Of a stretch of DNA of 11,271 nt, positions 1 to 10,804 are shown in pieces. Numbering within the stretch: position 1 is the first letter of the stretch; each line of letters opens with the position of its first letter. The notes under the pieces were generated by a model. The model did no database searches and was not told where the DNA came from. It saw nothing but the letters and a program-made list of their open reading frames with translations. This DNA is from a virus (lineage: Duplodnaviria; Heunggongvirae; Uroviricota; Caudoviricetes), in IMG/VR virus record IMGVR_UViG_2563366822_000010, positions 1-11,271 of that record, one strand, 5' to 3'. The position numbers were made by a program, and so were the translations under genes.

Positions 1-552
1 ATGCATGAAAATATTTGGTTTACATATAAAGCCCGTATTCAAGCGCACCATAGACTAGAATGGCTTGAAAAACACTCTCAATTTATCCTCGTTTGGTATG
101 CTATATTGAGTGCGGTACTTTCAATTATAACGTTACGATTTCCAAAATTTCTAGGAGATAATACAGATATCGTTGCGGCAATACTTTCAGTGGCTCTACT
201 GGGTATTTCTCTGATCGTATCTAACCTAGATTATCGTGGTCGAGCAATAGCCATGAGAAGGAATTATATTGCACTACAGAGACTCTATTTTGATATTAAT
301 AACGGCCAACAGTTAACTCTTGAACAGAAAGAAAAATATTTTAATTTGCTCAATGAGGTTGAGAATCATCGTGACATAGATGATAAAGTTTCAAGGGTAA
401 CTCAAGTTGGACTTACGACTAGACTCCCCACACAAAAAGAAAAAATAATTGTTAAATTATGGATATTACGTCGAATGTTTATTACTGTCGGCCTTTATAT
501 CCTCCCATTAATATGTCTTTGGATTGACTATGAATGCAAGCAGAGTTTTTAA
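1..552 (+). CDS. Small multi-pass membrane protein (2-3 predicted TM helices); putative effector partner of the downstream reverse transcriptase
   Basis: 183-aa open frame in very AT-rich (stop-codon-rich) DNA, so unlikely by chance. N-terminal amphipathic segment (MHENIWFTYKARIQAHHRLEWLEKHS), then two hydrophobic helices (FILVWYAILSAVLSIITL at about nt 79-135; IVAAILSVALLGISLIVS at about nt 166-219), a charged soluble segment, and a third hydrophobic/amphipathic stretch near the C-terminus (IVKLWILRRMFITVGLYILPLICLWI). Stop TAA at 550-552 overlaps the RT start. The ORF begins at window position 1, so the true start could lie upstream. Confidence 0.6.
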   Translation: MHENIWFTYKARIQAHHRLEWLEKHSQFILVWYAILSAVLSIITLRFPKFLGDNTDIVAAILSVALLGISLIVSNLDYRGRAIAMRRNYIALQRLYFDINNGQQLTLEQKEKYFNLLNEVENHRDIDDKVSRVTQVGLTTRLPTQKEKIIVKLWILRRMFITVGLYILPLICLWIDYECKQSF

Positions 553-1900
553 AAAGTCATTCTCGAAAAAAAACCTTCTAAAAGTATACAATGAAAAAAT
601 CAAAGAATCAGGAGCGATTGGCATAGATCGGATTCGTCCATCAAAACTTGATTTAACAATAAAGAATGAGATCACTTTTATTTTTGAAAAGGTTAATTGT
701 GGAAATTATAAATTTACAGCATATAAAGAAAAATTAATATCTAAAGGGGCTAACTCTATCCCCAGACAGATTTCCATACCAACTGCCAGGGACAGAATTA
801 CCCTTAGGGCTCTCTGTGAATGCCTTACAGAAATATATCCTAACTCCAGATTAAAACTACCACATACAGTAATTGACTTATTGAAAAATGCATTAAACAG
901 CGATCTATATGCTGAATATGCAAAAATAGATCTCAAAAGTTTCTATCCTTCAATTGAACATAAATTGATATTTAATGCAATAAAAAATAAGATTAGAAAA
1001 AAAGAAATTAGGCAGTTAATAACATCATCATTAATCGTGCCTACTGTAAGTGGAAGTACAGGAAGCAAAGGTGTCCCTAATAATACCAGAGGAGTACCTC
1101 AGGGGTTAGCAATATCAAACATTTTAGCTGAAATATCACTATCTGATTTCGACAATGAAATCAATAAAATGCATGACATATGGTACATGCGATACGTTGA
1201 TGACATTCTTATTTTAACGCAAAAAGATCAAGCAACAAAAATTGCATCTCATATCATTGATAAGCTTCAATCATTAAATTTAAACCCACATCCATTAAAT
1301 GAAGAGAACTCAAAATCCAAAGTAGGCAGCTTGGATGAAAGTTTCAACTTTTTGGGCTACCACATAAAAAATCGAGAATTATTGATAAAACATGAGAGCA
1401 TTCTTAGATTTGAGTCATCCTTAGCAAAAATTTTTACTGCATATAGACACGCTCTACTACAAGCTAAAAATAAGCGCGATAAAGAACGAGCTGTTGCATA
1501 TTGTCAGTGGAAACTAAATCTTAGAATTACGGGATGTGTGTTTGAAGGTAAACGATTGGGATGGGTATCGTACTTCTCACAAATAACGTCAACAGCTCAA
1601 CTTCGAGCTGTTAATCATACGATCAATAATCTTATCCGCCGATTCGGCCTTTCATCAGAAATAAAACCAAAGTCTTTGATTAAAACTTTCTATGAACTCC
1701 GCAGGGGTAGAGCGGAGACTTTTAAATACATACCTAACTTTGACAATCTACATATATCTCAGAAACGAGAAATTGTTTCTATGTGGATAGGGAAAGAGAA
1801 TGAAAAAAAACTTAGCAATAGTGAAATAGAGAGAAAATTTAAATTTAAAATTGCGAAATCAGTAAAAGAGCTTGAAGAGGACATTTCAGGGATATCATAG
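530..1900 (+). CDS. Reverse transcriptase (bacterial standalone RT, retron/Abi/UG-like)
   Basis: Polymerase motifs read directly from the translation: ..SIPRQISIPTARDRITLRAL.. (motifs 1-2), ..YAKIDLKSFYPSIEH.. (motif A, Asp codon 926-928), ..TRGVPQGLAISNILAEISL.. (motif B), ..YMRYVDDILIL.. (motif C, YVDD at 1193-1204), ..NFLGYHI.. (motif E). About 170 further residues follow motif E. ATG at 530 is the likely start; the ORF track begins at an in-frame TTG at 524. Overlaps the upstream ORF by 23 nt in a different frame. Confidence 0.85.
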   Translation: MNASRVFKKSFSKKNLLKVYNEKIKESGAIGIDRIRPSKLDLTIKNEITFIFEKVNCGNYKFTAYKEKLISKGANSIPRQISIPTARDRITLRALCECLTEIYPNSRLKLPHTVIDLLKNALNSDLYAEYAKIDLKSFYPSIEHKLIFNAIKNKIRKKEIRQLITSSLIVPTVSGSTGSKGVPNNTRGVPQGLAISNILAEISLSDFDNEINKMHDIWYMRYVDDILILTQKDQATKIASHIIDKLQSLNLNPHPLNEENSKSKVGSLDESFNFLGYHIKNRELLIKHESILRFESSLAKIFTAYRHALLQAKNKRDKERAVAYCQWKLNLRITGCVFEGKRLGWVSYFSQITSTAQLRAVNHTINNLIRRFGLSSEIKPKSLIKTFYELRRGRAETFKYIPNFDNLHISQKREIVSMWIGKENEKKLSNSEIERKFKFKIAKSVKELEEDISGIS

Positions 1901-1962
1901 ATATGTAATCCATTAAATCCTTTATATATAAAGCAATAAACACACTATTTAAATTCACAAAT

Positions 1963-1998
1963 CAGCCGCAGTATCCTGCCATGACAAGTTGCTGCGGC
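1963..1998 (-). terminator. Candidate stem-loop terminator between the convergent tfa and RT genes
   Basis: Inverted repeat GCCGCAG (1965-1971) / CTGCGGC (1992-1998), extendable by G-U and A-U pairs, with a loop of about 16-20 nt. On the minus strand it is followed by a moderately T-rich tract (TGATTTGTGAATTTAAAT). No clean U-run, so weak. Confidence 0.3.
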
Positions 1999-2012
1999 AT
2001 ATCACAAAACGA

Positions 2013-2597
2013 TTACTCCATAACAGGGACCGCAGGCCACTCAATATCAGGTGCAGTTGATGTATCAACACGGTTCAGCAACACCCGATACTTTTTCCAG
2101 GCTTCCAGCAATGAGGTTTCTTCCTCCGTTGCAATTTCCAGATCTGCAGCATCCTGAAGCGGCGCAATATGCTCACTGGCTACCTGCATCAGGTTGTTTT
2201 TTGTTTCTTCCGCCTCCCGGATCCGGAACAGTTTTTCTGCTTCCGTATCCTTCACCCAAGCTGTGCCGTTCCACTTCTGAAACTCCCCTTCCGGCGATAA
2301 CCAGGTAACATTTTCCGGTAACGGACCGAGTTCAGAAATAAATAACTCGTCCCCTGACGCTACGTCATAAACCGTTTTACCCCGATGGTCTTCAAAGAGA
2401 TGCCACGATGACTCATCACTGTTGAAAACAGCCACAAAGCCAGCAGGAATATCTGGTGGTGCAATATCGGTACTGTTTGCTGGCAGACCTGTATGAGGCG
2501 GAATATATGCGTCACCTTCACCAATAAATTCATTAGTTCCGGCCAGCAGATTATAAATTTTTATGGTCCGTGCTTGTTCACTCATTCTGAATGCCAT
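2013..2597 (-). CDS. tfa: Tail fibre assembly protein Tfa
   Basis: 194-aa translation ([54 protein letters not shown]...[11 protein letters not shown]) is near-identical to phage lambda Tfa as I recall it. The ATG overlaps the stf stop (TAATG junction at 2595-2599), as in lambda. Confidence 0.93.
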   Translation of the reverse strand: MAFRMSEQARTIKIYNLLAGTNEFIGEGDAYIPPHTGLPANSTDIAPPDIPAGFVAVFNSDESSWHLFEDHRGKTVYDVASGDELFISELGPLPENVTWLSPEGEFQKWNGTAWVKDTEAEKLFRIREAEETKNNLMQVASEHIAPLQDAADLEIATEEETSLLEAWKKYRVLLNRVDTSTAPDIEWPAVPVME

Positions 2598-5389
2598 TAT
2601 GCAAGCCTCACAATATAGTTAAATGCGATGTTTTTGACGGTGTTTTCCGCGTTACCAGCAGCGTTAACGGTGATGGTGTGTCCATGTGAACCAATCGCAA
2701 CGGAGTGCGCATGAGCACCAATTGGAACAGAGTGCGCATGGTTACCTGTAGTGCTTGTGGCACCAGACCAGGTTCTGGAAGCGTTAAAGTTTACAGGAAC
2801 ACCATAAGTAAATTGAGAGCCCGTAAATCCATGGGCTGGCGCAGAGCCACCCAGTGTAAATGCTCCACTTGCTGTATAGAAATTACCGCTATCACTTCTG
2901 AAGTAACCGAGAGTACCGGTAATTTCCATAGTGCCTCGGCTGTGGTTATGGTCACCAGTGGCATTTGAAGACTTAGTACCATAATCAAACGACGACGTGG
3001 TTTTCGTCCCCAAATCCGTACTGGATGCACTGGCGCTGTGGGTGTGCGATTTAATGCCGTCCTGTTCCTGAGATAATACGGCTCGACCACTGGCAGGTTT
3101 GCCCTTAATCGTCCAGCCACGCATATCAGGGATCACGCCTGACGGATAAGCAGCTGCAAGTTTCGGGTAAGCAGATTTGTCAAAAGTCTGCCCCTGCATC
3201 AGGGCATAACCAGACGGAACGGTATCTGATGGCCACGGGATTGGTGCGCCGACTGGGTAGCTTTCTGGTGGAAGATTTTTCGAGGTATAAACTTCTGCCC
3301 AGTCTTCCTCAAAACCATAACCGTCTCTTGAAGAACGGTAGAACAGACCACGATTTCTGTAATGCGCCTTCATCTGCAGGGTCCGGCAACTTCCGACTCC
3401 GGTATAGAAGTTAACCAGAATATAGCTGTCGCCAGAGCGGGTGACATTGTAAGCGCCTGATTCGGCATTCCAGGGAACGGCTCCATCCGAATCCGCATAA
3501 GCCCCCGTCGAACGTCGGGCAAATGCACCAATATTTTCCGGCGTGAGGTTAATATCCGCCGAGCCATCAAACTTAACACCGTTAATTTTTGGGTCTGCCG
3601 CAAGTTTCGTCGCGGTATCGGCGTTCCCCTTCAGTGCCCCGGTGATCCCATCAGTAACAGACAACGGACCTGAAATAGTCCCTCCAGTTGTTGGCAGCGC
3701 TCCAATATCTGATGGTGTAGGTTTCTGATGTGAGCTATACATCGTATAAACAACACCATCGGTAACGCTGGAAGGCTTACTCGCTGAATATGTTAGCGAG
3801 GTATAAATAGAAACTGACGCATTTGTAGTACAATCCCAATGGATATTTACACTCGTCGCATAATTGCCAATCTCAACGTAAATATCATATATATCGCCGG
3901 ATGTGTTGATCCAGGCGAAATTCGTTAATCCGACGGCTGTACGCTTCCACAAAGCTCCGGTAATCCCTTTGGGGTTTCCATTGCCTGCTCGTAGAACCAG
4001 TTCAGATATACCTGCCTGTTGAGGTGCCCCCACGTTAAATCCAGCGCCACCAATCAATGCGATGTAAACGATGGAACTCGCTTGTGGCATGGTAACCGTT
4101 GCCAGTTTGAACCACCCTGCCCCGCCAGAGAAAGAGATCGTTACTGAATTTAAAGTGCCAATATCTTTCGGTGTTAATGTTATATCCGCAGTCAGTGCTT
4201 TCCCGTTAACTTTTCGGTTAGATGGTACCCTGCCATTCGCATTGTCATTCGCTGCTTTAACTGCCTTCGGTGTCGCGGCAAGCGTTTCAGATGTGCTGTT
4301 GGTTGCACTGCTGAGCTGTACTATCCCCTTTTTCGTCGTACTTGCATCCTCAAGCGCCACGGCGGATGCAATATCCTCTGCCCGTTTTGCCGCTGTCTCG
4401 GCGCGCGTTGCCGCGGATTCCGCCGTACTTTTGCTCTGAGCTGCCGCCGTCGCACTGCCAGCTGCCTCTGTCGCCTTCGTGGATGCCGTCGTGGCGCTGC
4501 CCTTTGCTGCTGACGCCTGTCTGGTCGCCTCATCTTTTGAAGCAGACGCAGATGATGCCGATGACGCCGCCGAACTGGCGGACGATGCGGCAGCCGTTTT
4601 TGAGGATTCTGCGCTGGTTTCCGAGGCTTTCGCGTTCGTTTCGGATGTCTTCGCTGCCTCTTTTGAGGCCGCCGCATCCCGTGCTGAAGTGGCTGCTTCT
4701 GACGCTTTCGTGGTCGCGGTGGATGCAGAAGTGGCTGCTGATTGTTGTGACGCTGCCGCATTCGTTTCTGACGTTTTCGCCGCACCGGCACTGGTAGCCA
4801 CCGCGCTTTTTGAGGACTCTGCAGCGGCAGCACTTTTTGATGCTTCAGTAGCCTTTGTTGATGCCGTTCCTGCGCTGGAAGACGCTGACTGAGCCGACGT
4901 CGCGGCCTGCCCGGCTGATGTGCTGGCTGCACGTGCTGAGCCTGCAGCATCAGTCGCATGGGTTGCCGCCTCACTGGCAGATATGCTGGCATCGCTGGCT
5001 GACTTCTTCGCGGCTGCCGTGTTCTGTGCCACCGCGGACGCGTTACGCGCCACCTCTTCCACCATCAGTTCAAAACGGCGCAGTGCCTCAGGACGGGCAT
5101 CATCCTCCGTCATGGCACCGAGAAAATCATTCAGCGTACCGGGTCGGGAATCTTCATACACGGTGATGGTCCCGGCATGTGAAGGCGGAAAACCTTCAAC
5201 CAGCAGGGTGACGCTGTACTGACCATGCTCAACATCCATGCTGTAACGTCCGGCTTCATCCGGATTTTCAGAGGCCACCGTGTTCACCACCACCGTGCTG
5301 CTGGTTCGTCTGGCCTTCAGCACAATGGTGCAGTTCTGTACTGGTTTTCCTGTGCCATCTTTAAGCACGCCAGAAATTTTTACTGTCAT
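2597..5389 (-). CDS. stf: Side tail fibre protein Stf
   Basis: 930-aa ORF. N-terminus ([28 protein letters not shown]...[14 protein letters not shown]...[15 protein letters not shown]) and C-terminus ([71 protein letters not shown]...[31 protein letters not shown]) match lambda Stf as I recall it. The centre is an Ala/Ser/Thr-rich low-complexity region. A GGTGGA Shine-Dalgarno lies 5 nt upstream of the ATG at 5387-5389. Confidence 0.93.
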   Translation of the reverse strand: MTVKISGVLKDGTGKPVQNCTIVLKARRTSSTVVVNTVASENPDEAGRYSMDVEHGQYSVTLLVEGFPPSHAGTITVYEDSRPGTLNDFLGAMTEDDARPEALRRFELMVEEVARNASAVAQNTAAAKKSASDASISASEAATHATDAAGSARAASTSAGQAATSAQSASSSAGTASTKATEASKSAAAAESSKSAVATSAGAAKTSETNAAASQQSAATSASTATTKASEAATSARDAAASKEAAKTSETNAKASETSAESSKTAAASSASSAASSASSASASKDEATRQASAAKGSATTASTKATEAAGSATAAAQSKSTAESAATRAETAAKRAEDIASAVALEDASTTKKGIVQLSSATNSTSETLAATPKAVKAANDNANGRVPSNRKVNGKALTADITLTPKDIGTLNSVTISFSGGAGWFKLATVTMPQASSIVYIALIGGAGFNVGAPQQAGISELVLRAGNGNPKGITGALWKRTAVGLTNFAWINTSGDIYDIYVEIGNYATSVNIHWDCTTNASVSIYTSLTYSASKPSSVTDGVVYTMYSSHQKPTPSDIGALPTTGGTISGPLSVTDGITGALKGNADTATKLAADPKINGVKFDGSADINLTPENIGAFARRSTGAYADSDGAVPWNAESGAYNVTRSGDSYILVNFYTGVGSCRTLQMKAHYRNRGLFYRSSRDGYGFEEDWAEVYTSKNLPPESYPVGAPIPWPSDTVPSGYALMQGQTFDKSAYPKLAAAYPSGVIPDMRGWTIKGKPASGRAVLSQEQDGIKSHTHSASASSTDLGTKTTSSFDYGTKSSNATGDHNHSRGTMEITGTLGYFRSDSGNFYTASGAFTLGGSAPAHGFTGSQFTYGVPVNFNASRTWSGATSTTGNHAHSVPIGAHAHSVAIGSHGHTITVNAAGNAENTVKNIAFNYIVRLA

Positions 5390-5401
5390 ACTTTTCCACC
5401 A

Positions 5402-5435
5402 ATAAAAAAGCCCGCAGCAGTGACGCCACGGGCTT
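5402..5435 (-). terminator. Rho-independent terminator downstream of lom
   Basis: Stem AAGCCCG (5408-5414) / CGGGCTT (5429-5435) with a 14-nt loop. On the minus strand the hairpin is followed directly by TTTTTTATT (plus 5402-5409 is ATAAAAAA). Confidence 0.5.
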
Positions 5436-5539
5436 CAGGACAGTGTAACTTTACGTTTCCTCAAACGCAGTTCACCCCATAAGGTGGATGAACCTGCGTA
5501 TCATAACAATATTTACAGAAGATAAATCGGCGTCTGTTG

Positions 5540-6139
5540 TCAGAAACGGTATCCGATACCAACAATAAATGCATCCGTTCGCCAGTCGCCACTACCGGAA
5601 CCTTCATAAGCAAGGTCAATGGTCACGGATTCGGTCGGGTTAAACTGCACGCCAGCCCCCCACGCCAGAGACGTGTTGCTGTGGCGACCGTCATCACTTC
5701 CGGTCAGCACATCGTGCGTTTTCCCCTTGTTGTCAGTTACGCGGAGATAATCCCCGGAGAAAGTCGACACACGGCTGTAAGCCACACCCACCATCGCATA
5801 CGCGCTGAACCATTCATTCACGCGTACAGACGGCCCCGCCATCACGCTGAACCAGCGGTTACGCACGGAATCTTCATGCCAGCGGGTATCGCTGTAGTGC
5901 GTTTTTTTCTCATCTTCAGCATTGGCATAACTGAAGGACGTAATCAGCCCCAGCGCGTCCGTAAACTCATAACGGTATTTCACGTTAATCCCGTTCAGAT
6001 TATCGCTGCCGGGAGCGTTCGTACGGGCATGAAGATACCCCGCGCTCAGTGTGGACTGATGTTCAGACGCCCATGCAGGCGCACCAGATACGGACAGACA
6101 GATGGCTGCGGACAAAATGGCTGCACAAACTTTACGCAT
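5540..6139 (-). CDS. lom: Outer-membrane protein Lom (Ail/Lom/PagC/OmpX family beta-barrel)
   Basis: 199-aa translation (MRKVCAAILSAAICLSVSGAPAWASEHQSTLSAGYLHARTNAPGSDNLNGINVKYRYEFTD...AFIVGIGYRF) closely matches lambda Lom as I recall it. It has an N-terminal signal peptide ending AWA-SE and a C-terminal aromatic residue typical of outer-membrane barrels. Confidence 0.93.
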   Translation of the reverse strand: MRKVCAAILSAAICLSVSGAPAWASEHQSTLSAGYLHARTNAPGSDNLNGINVKYRYEFTDALGLITSFSYANAEDEKKTHYSDTRWHEDSVRNRWFSVMAGPSVRVNEWFSAYAMVGVAYSRVSTFSGDYLRVTDNKGKTHDVLTGSDDGRHSNTSLAWGAGVQFNPTESVTIDLAYEGSGSGDWRTDAFIVGIGYRF

Positions 6140-6161
6140 AATTACCTCTCGCTTTTCTGCA

Positions 6162-6187
6162 ATAAAAAAGGCGCCATTTCTGGCGCC
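6162..6187 (-). terminator. Rho-independent terminator between J and lom
   Basis: Stem GGCGCCA (6170-6176) / TGGCGCC (6181-6187) with a 4-nt loop TTTC. On the minus strand it is followed by TTTTTTATT (plus 6162-6169 is ATAAAAAA). Confidence 0.5.
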
Positions 6188-6206
6188 CGTATATGGGTTA
6201 TAAAAT

Positions 6207-9687
<3,481 letters not shown>

Positions 9688-9696
9688 TCACACTCC

Positions 9697-9726
9697 ATAA
9701 ACAACAAAGCCGCCCAAAAGGCGGCT
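9697..9726 (-). terminator. Rho-independent terminator downstream of the lipoprotein gene, immediately upstream of the J ribosome-binding site
   Basis: Stem AGCCGCC (9708-9714) / GGCGGCT (9720-9726) with a 5-nt loop. On the minus strand it is followed by TTTGTTGTTTAT, then GGAGTGTGAGGA and the J ATG. Confidence 0.45.
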
Positions 9727-9750
9727 CATGAGTTACGACAGGATTAACTA

Positions 9751-10089
9751 TTATTTACATGCATTAACACTATCAGCAAAAATTTTTGGCGTTAATGCTG
9801 GTACACGTTCATAAAGAGTAAAACTACTGCCATTTCCTGCTTTTTTGATATCAAGCACAACATCATATCCCCCCATAGCCTGTGGAACTAAAAGGCTTAC
9901 CCCATTCTCAATAGGAAGGGATGTTATAGGTGTTCCATTACCAGCCCATTGTCTGGATATGCAGCCTGACAATTCATCAATATTTTTTAATGAATTACCT
10001 TCCATTACAGGTTTTCCGGATTTTACGTAATCCAAAGATTTACATCCTGTTAAGGCAATAATCGTGCAGAATAAAATCGTTTTGTTCAT
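9751..10089 (-). CDS. Small lipoprotein (signal peptide with lipobox LTGC); inserted gene between I and J
   Basis: From the ATG at 10087-10089: MNKTILFCTIIALTGCKSLDYVKSGKPV..., i.e. basic N-terminus, hydrophobic core and L-T-G-C lipobox. About 112 aa. It sits in an AT-rich insert (about 9690-10162) that is absent between I and J in lambda. No strong Shine-Dalgarno is visible; the ORF track starts at an upstream TTG (10101), so the start is uncertain. Confidence 0.6.
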   Translation of the reverse strand: MNKTILFCTIIALTGCKSLDYVKSGKPVMEGNSLKNIDELSGCISRQWAGNGTPITSLPIENGVSLLVPQAMGGYDVVLDIKKAGNGSSFTLYERVPALTPKIFADSVNACK

Positions 10090-10162
10090 ATAGCTAACCA
10101 ATAGAATAATTATCAGTGTTCGATATAAATATTAAATTAGTTAGAACATGAGTAAAATAATA

Positions 10163-10804
10163 TTACCGCCCAATTACCACAACCTGACCACCATCCCCTT
10201 CATCTGCCGTGCTGATCTCCTGAGATGCCACACGTGACCCCACGCGCATTTCACCGTACAGAACAGGCAGGACATTGCCCTGGGCAACCATGTTATCCAG
10301 TGAGGAGAAATAGGTGTTCTGTTTGCCGTTATCCGTTGTCTGTGTACGGGGAGTTCTGGCTTTCGGTGCCAGCATCTGCGCCACACCACCAAGCGTCATC
10401 GCCGCACCCATTGAAAAGAGAATGTCACTGAAAGCGATACTGATCCCCGGCATCCAGATTGCCGTAGCAATCAACGCCGCACCCAGCACCGCCTGAAACA
10501 CACCGCCACTTTTTGCTCCCGCAAGACGCGGCACGATGTGGATCACGGCACCATTTGCCAGCGGCTCATTAAGACGGGATGATAATTCGGTTTCTCCTGC
10601 ATCCCGCCCGGCAATCCGTACCTGATACCAGCCGTCGCTCAGTTTCTGACGAAACGCCGGGAGCTGTGTGGCCAGTGCGCGGATGGCTTCAGCCCCCGTT
10701 TTCACACGAAGGTCGATGCGGCGGCCAAATCGTTGCAAATCCCCGTAAAGGCAGATGCGTGCCATTCCCGGTGACGCCAGAGGGAGTGTGTGCGTCGCTG
10801 CCAT
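10163..10804 (-). CDS. I: Tail assembly protein I
   Basis: 213-aa translation (MAATHTLPLASPGMARICLYGDLQRFGRRIDLRVKTGAEAIRALATQLPAFRQKLSDGWYQVRIAGRD...QTTDNGKQNTYFSSLDNMVAQGNVLPVLYGEMRVGSRVASQEISTADEGDGGQVVVIGR) matches lambda I as I recall it. The 5' end overlaps the K 3' end (10702-10804) in another frame, as in lambda. Confidence 0.93.
   Translation of the reverse strand: MAATHTLPLASPGMARICLYGDLQRFGRRIDLRVKTGAEAIRALATQLPAFRQKLSDGWYQVRIAGRDAGETELSSRLNEPLANGAVIHIVPRLAGAKSGGVFQAVLGAALIATAIWMPGISIAFSDILFSMGAAMTLGGVAQMLAPKARTPRTQTTDNGKQNTYFSSLDNMVAQGNVLPVLYGEMRVGSRVASQEISTADEGDGGQVVVIGR

Noticed and set aside
706-936. 76-aa minus-strand ORF inside the RT gene
   Set aside because: Antisense to the RT motif 1-2 and motif A region; no support beyond being open.
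1-1900. Diversity-generating retroelement (RT next to tail-fibre genes, diversifying stf)
   Set aside because: A DGR needs a template repeat near the RT that closely matches a variable repeat at the 3' end of the target gene. The RT island is uniformly AT-rich and the stf/tfa 3' region is GC-rich, the RT is convergent to the fibre genes, and I see no TR/VR pair. Not computationally excluded.
1-1900. Group II intron (RT/maturase inside a ribozyme)
   Set aside because: The 530 bp upstream of the RT are occupied by a convincing membrane-protein ORF overlapping the RT start, not ribozyme domains I-III, and no domain V-like GC hairpin follows the RT.
2051-2308. 85-aa plus-strand ORF antisense to tfa
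   Set aside because: Lies entirely within tfa on the opposite strand, and tfa is supported by close match to lambda Tfa.
4321-4992. Overlapping ORFs inside stf (223-aa Arg/Pro/Gln-rich minus-strand ORF; plus-strand ORFs 4342-4797, 4479-4892, 4855-5166, 4920-5222)
   Set aside because: They are alternative-frame or antisense readings of the GC-rich, low-complexity Ala/Ser/Thr-coding part of stf, with compositionally biased translations and no independent start signals.
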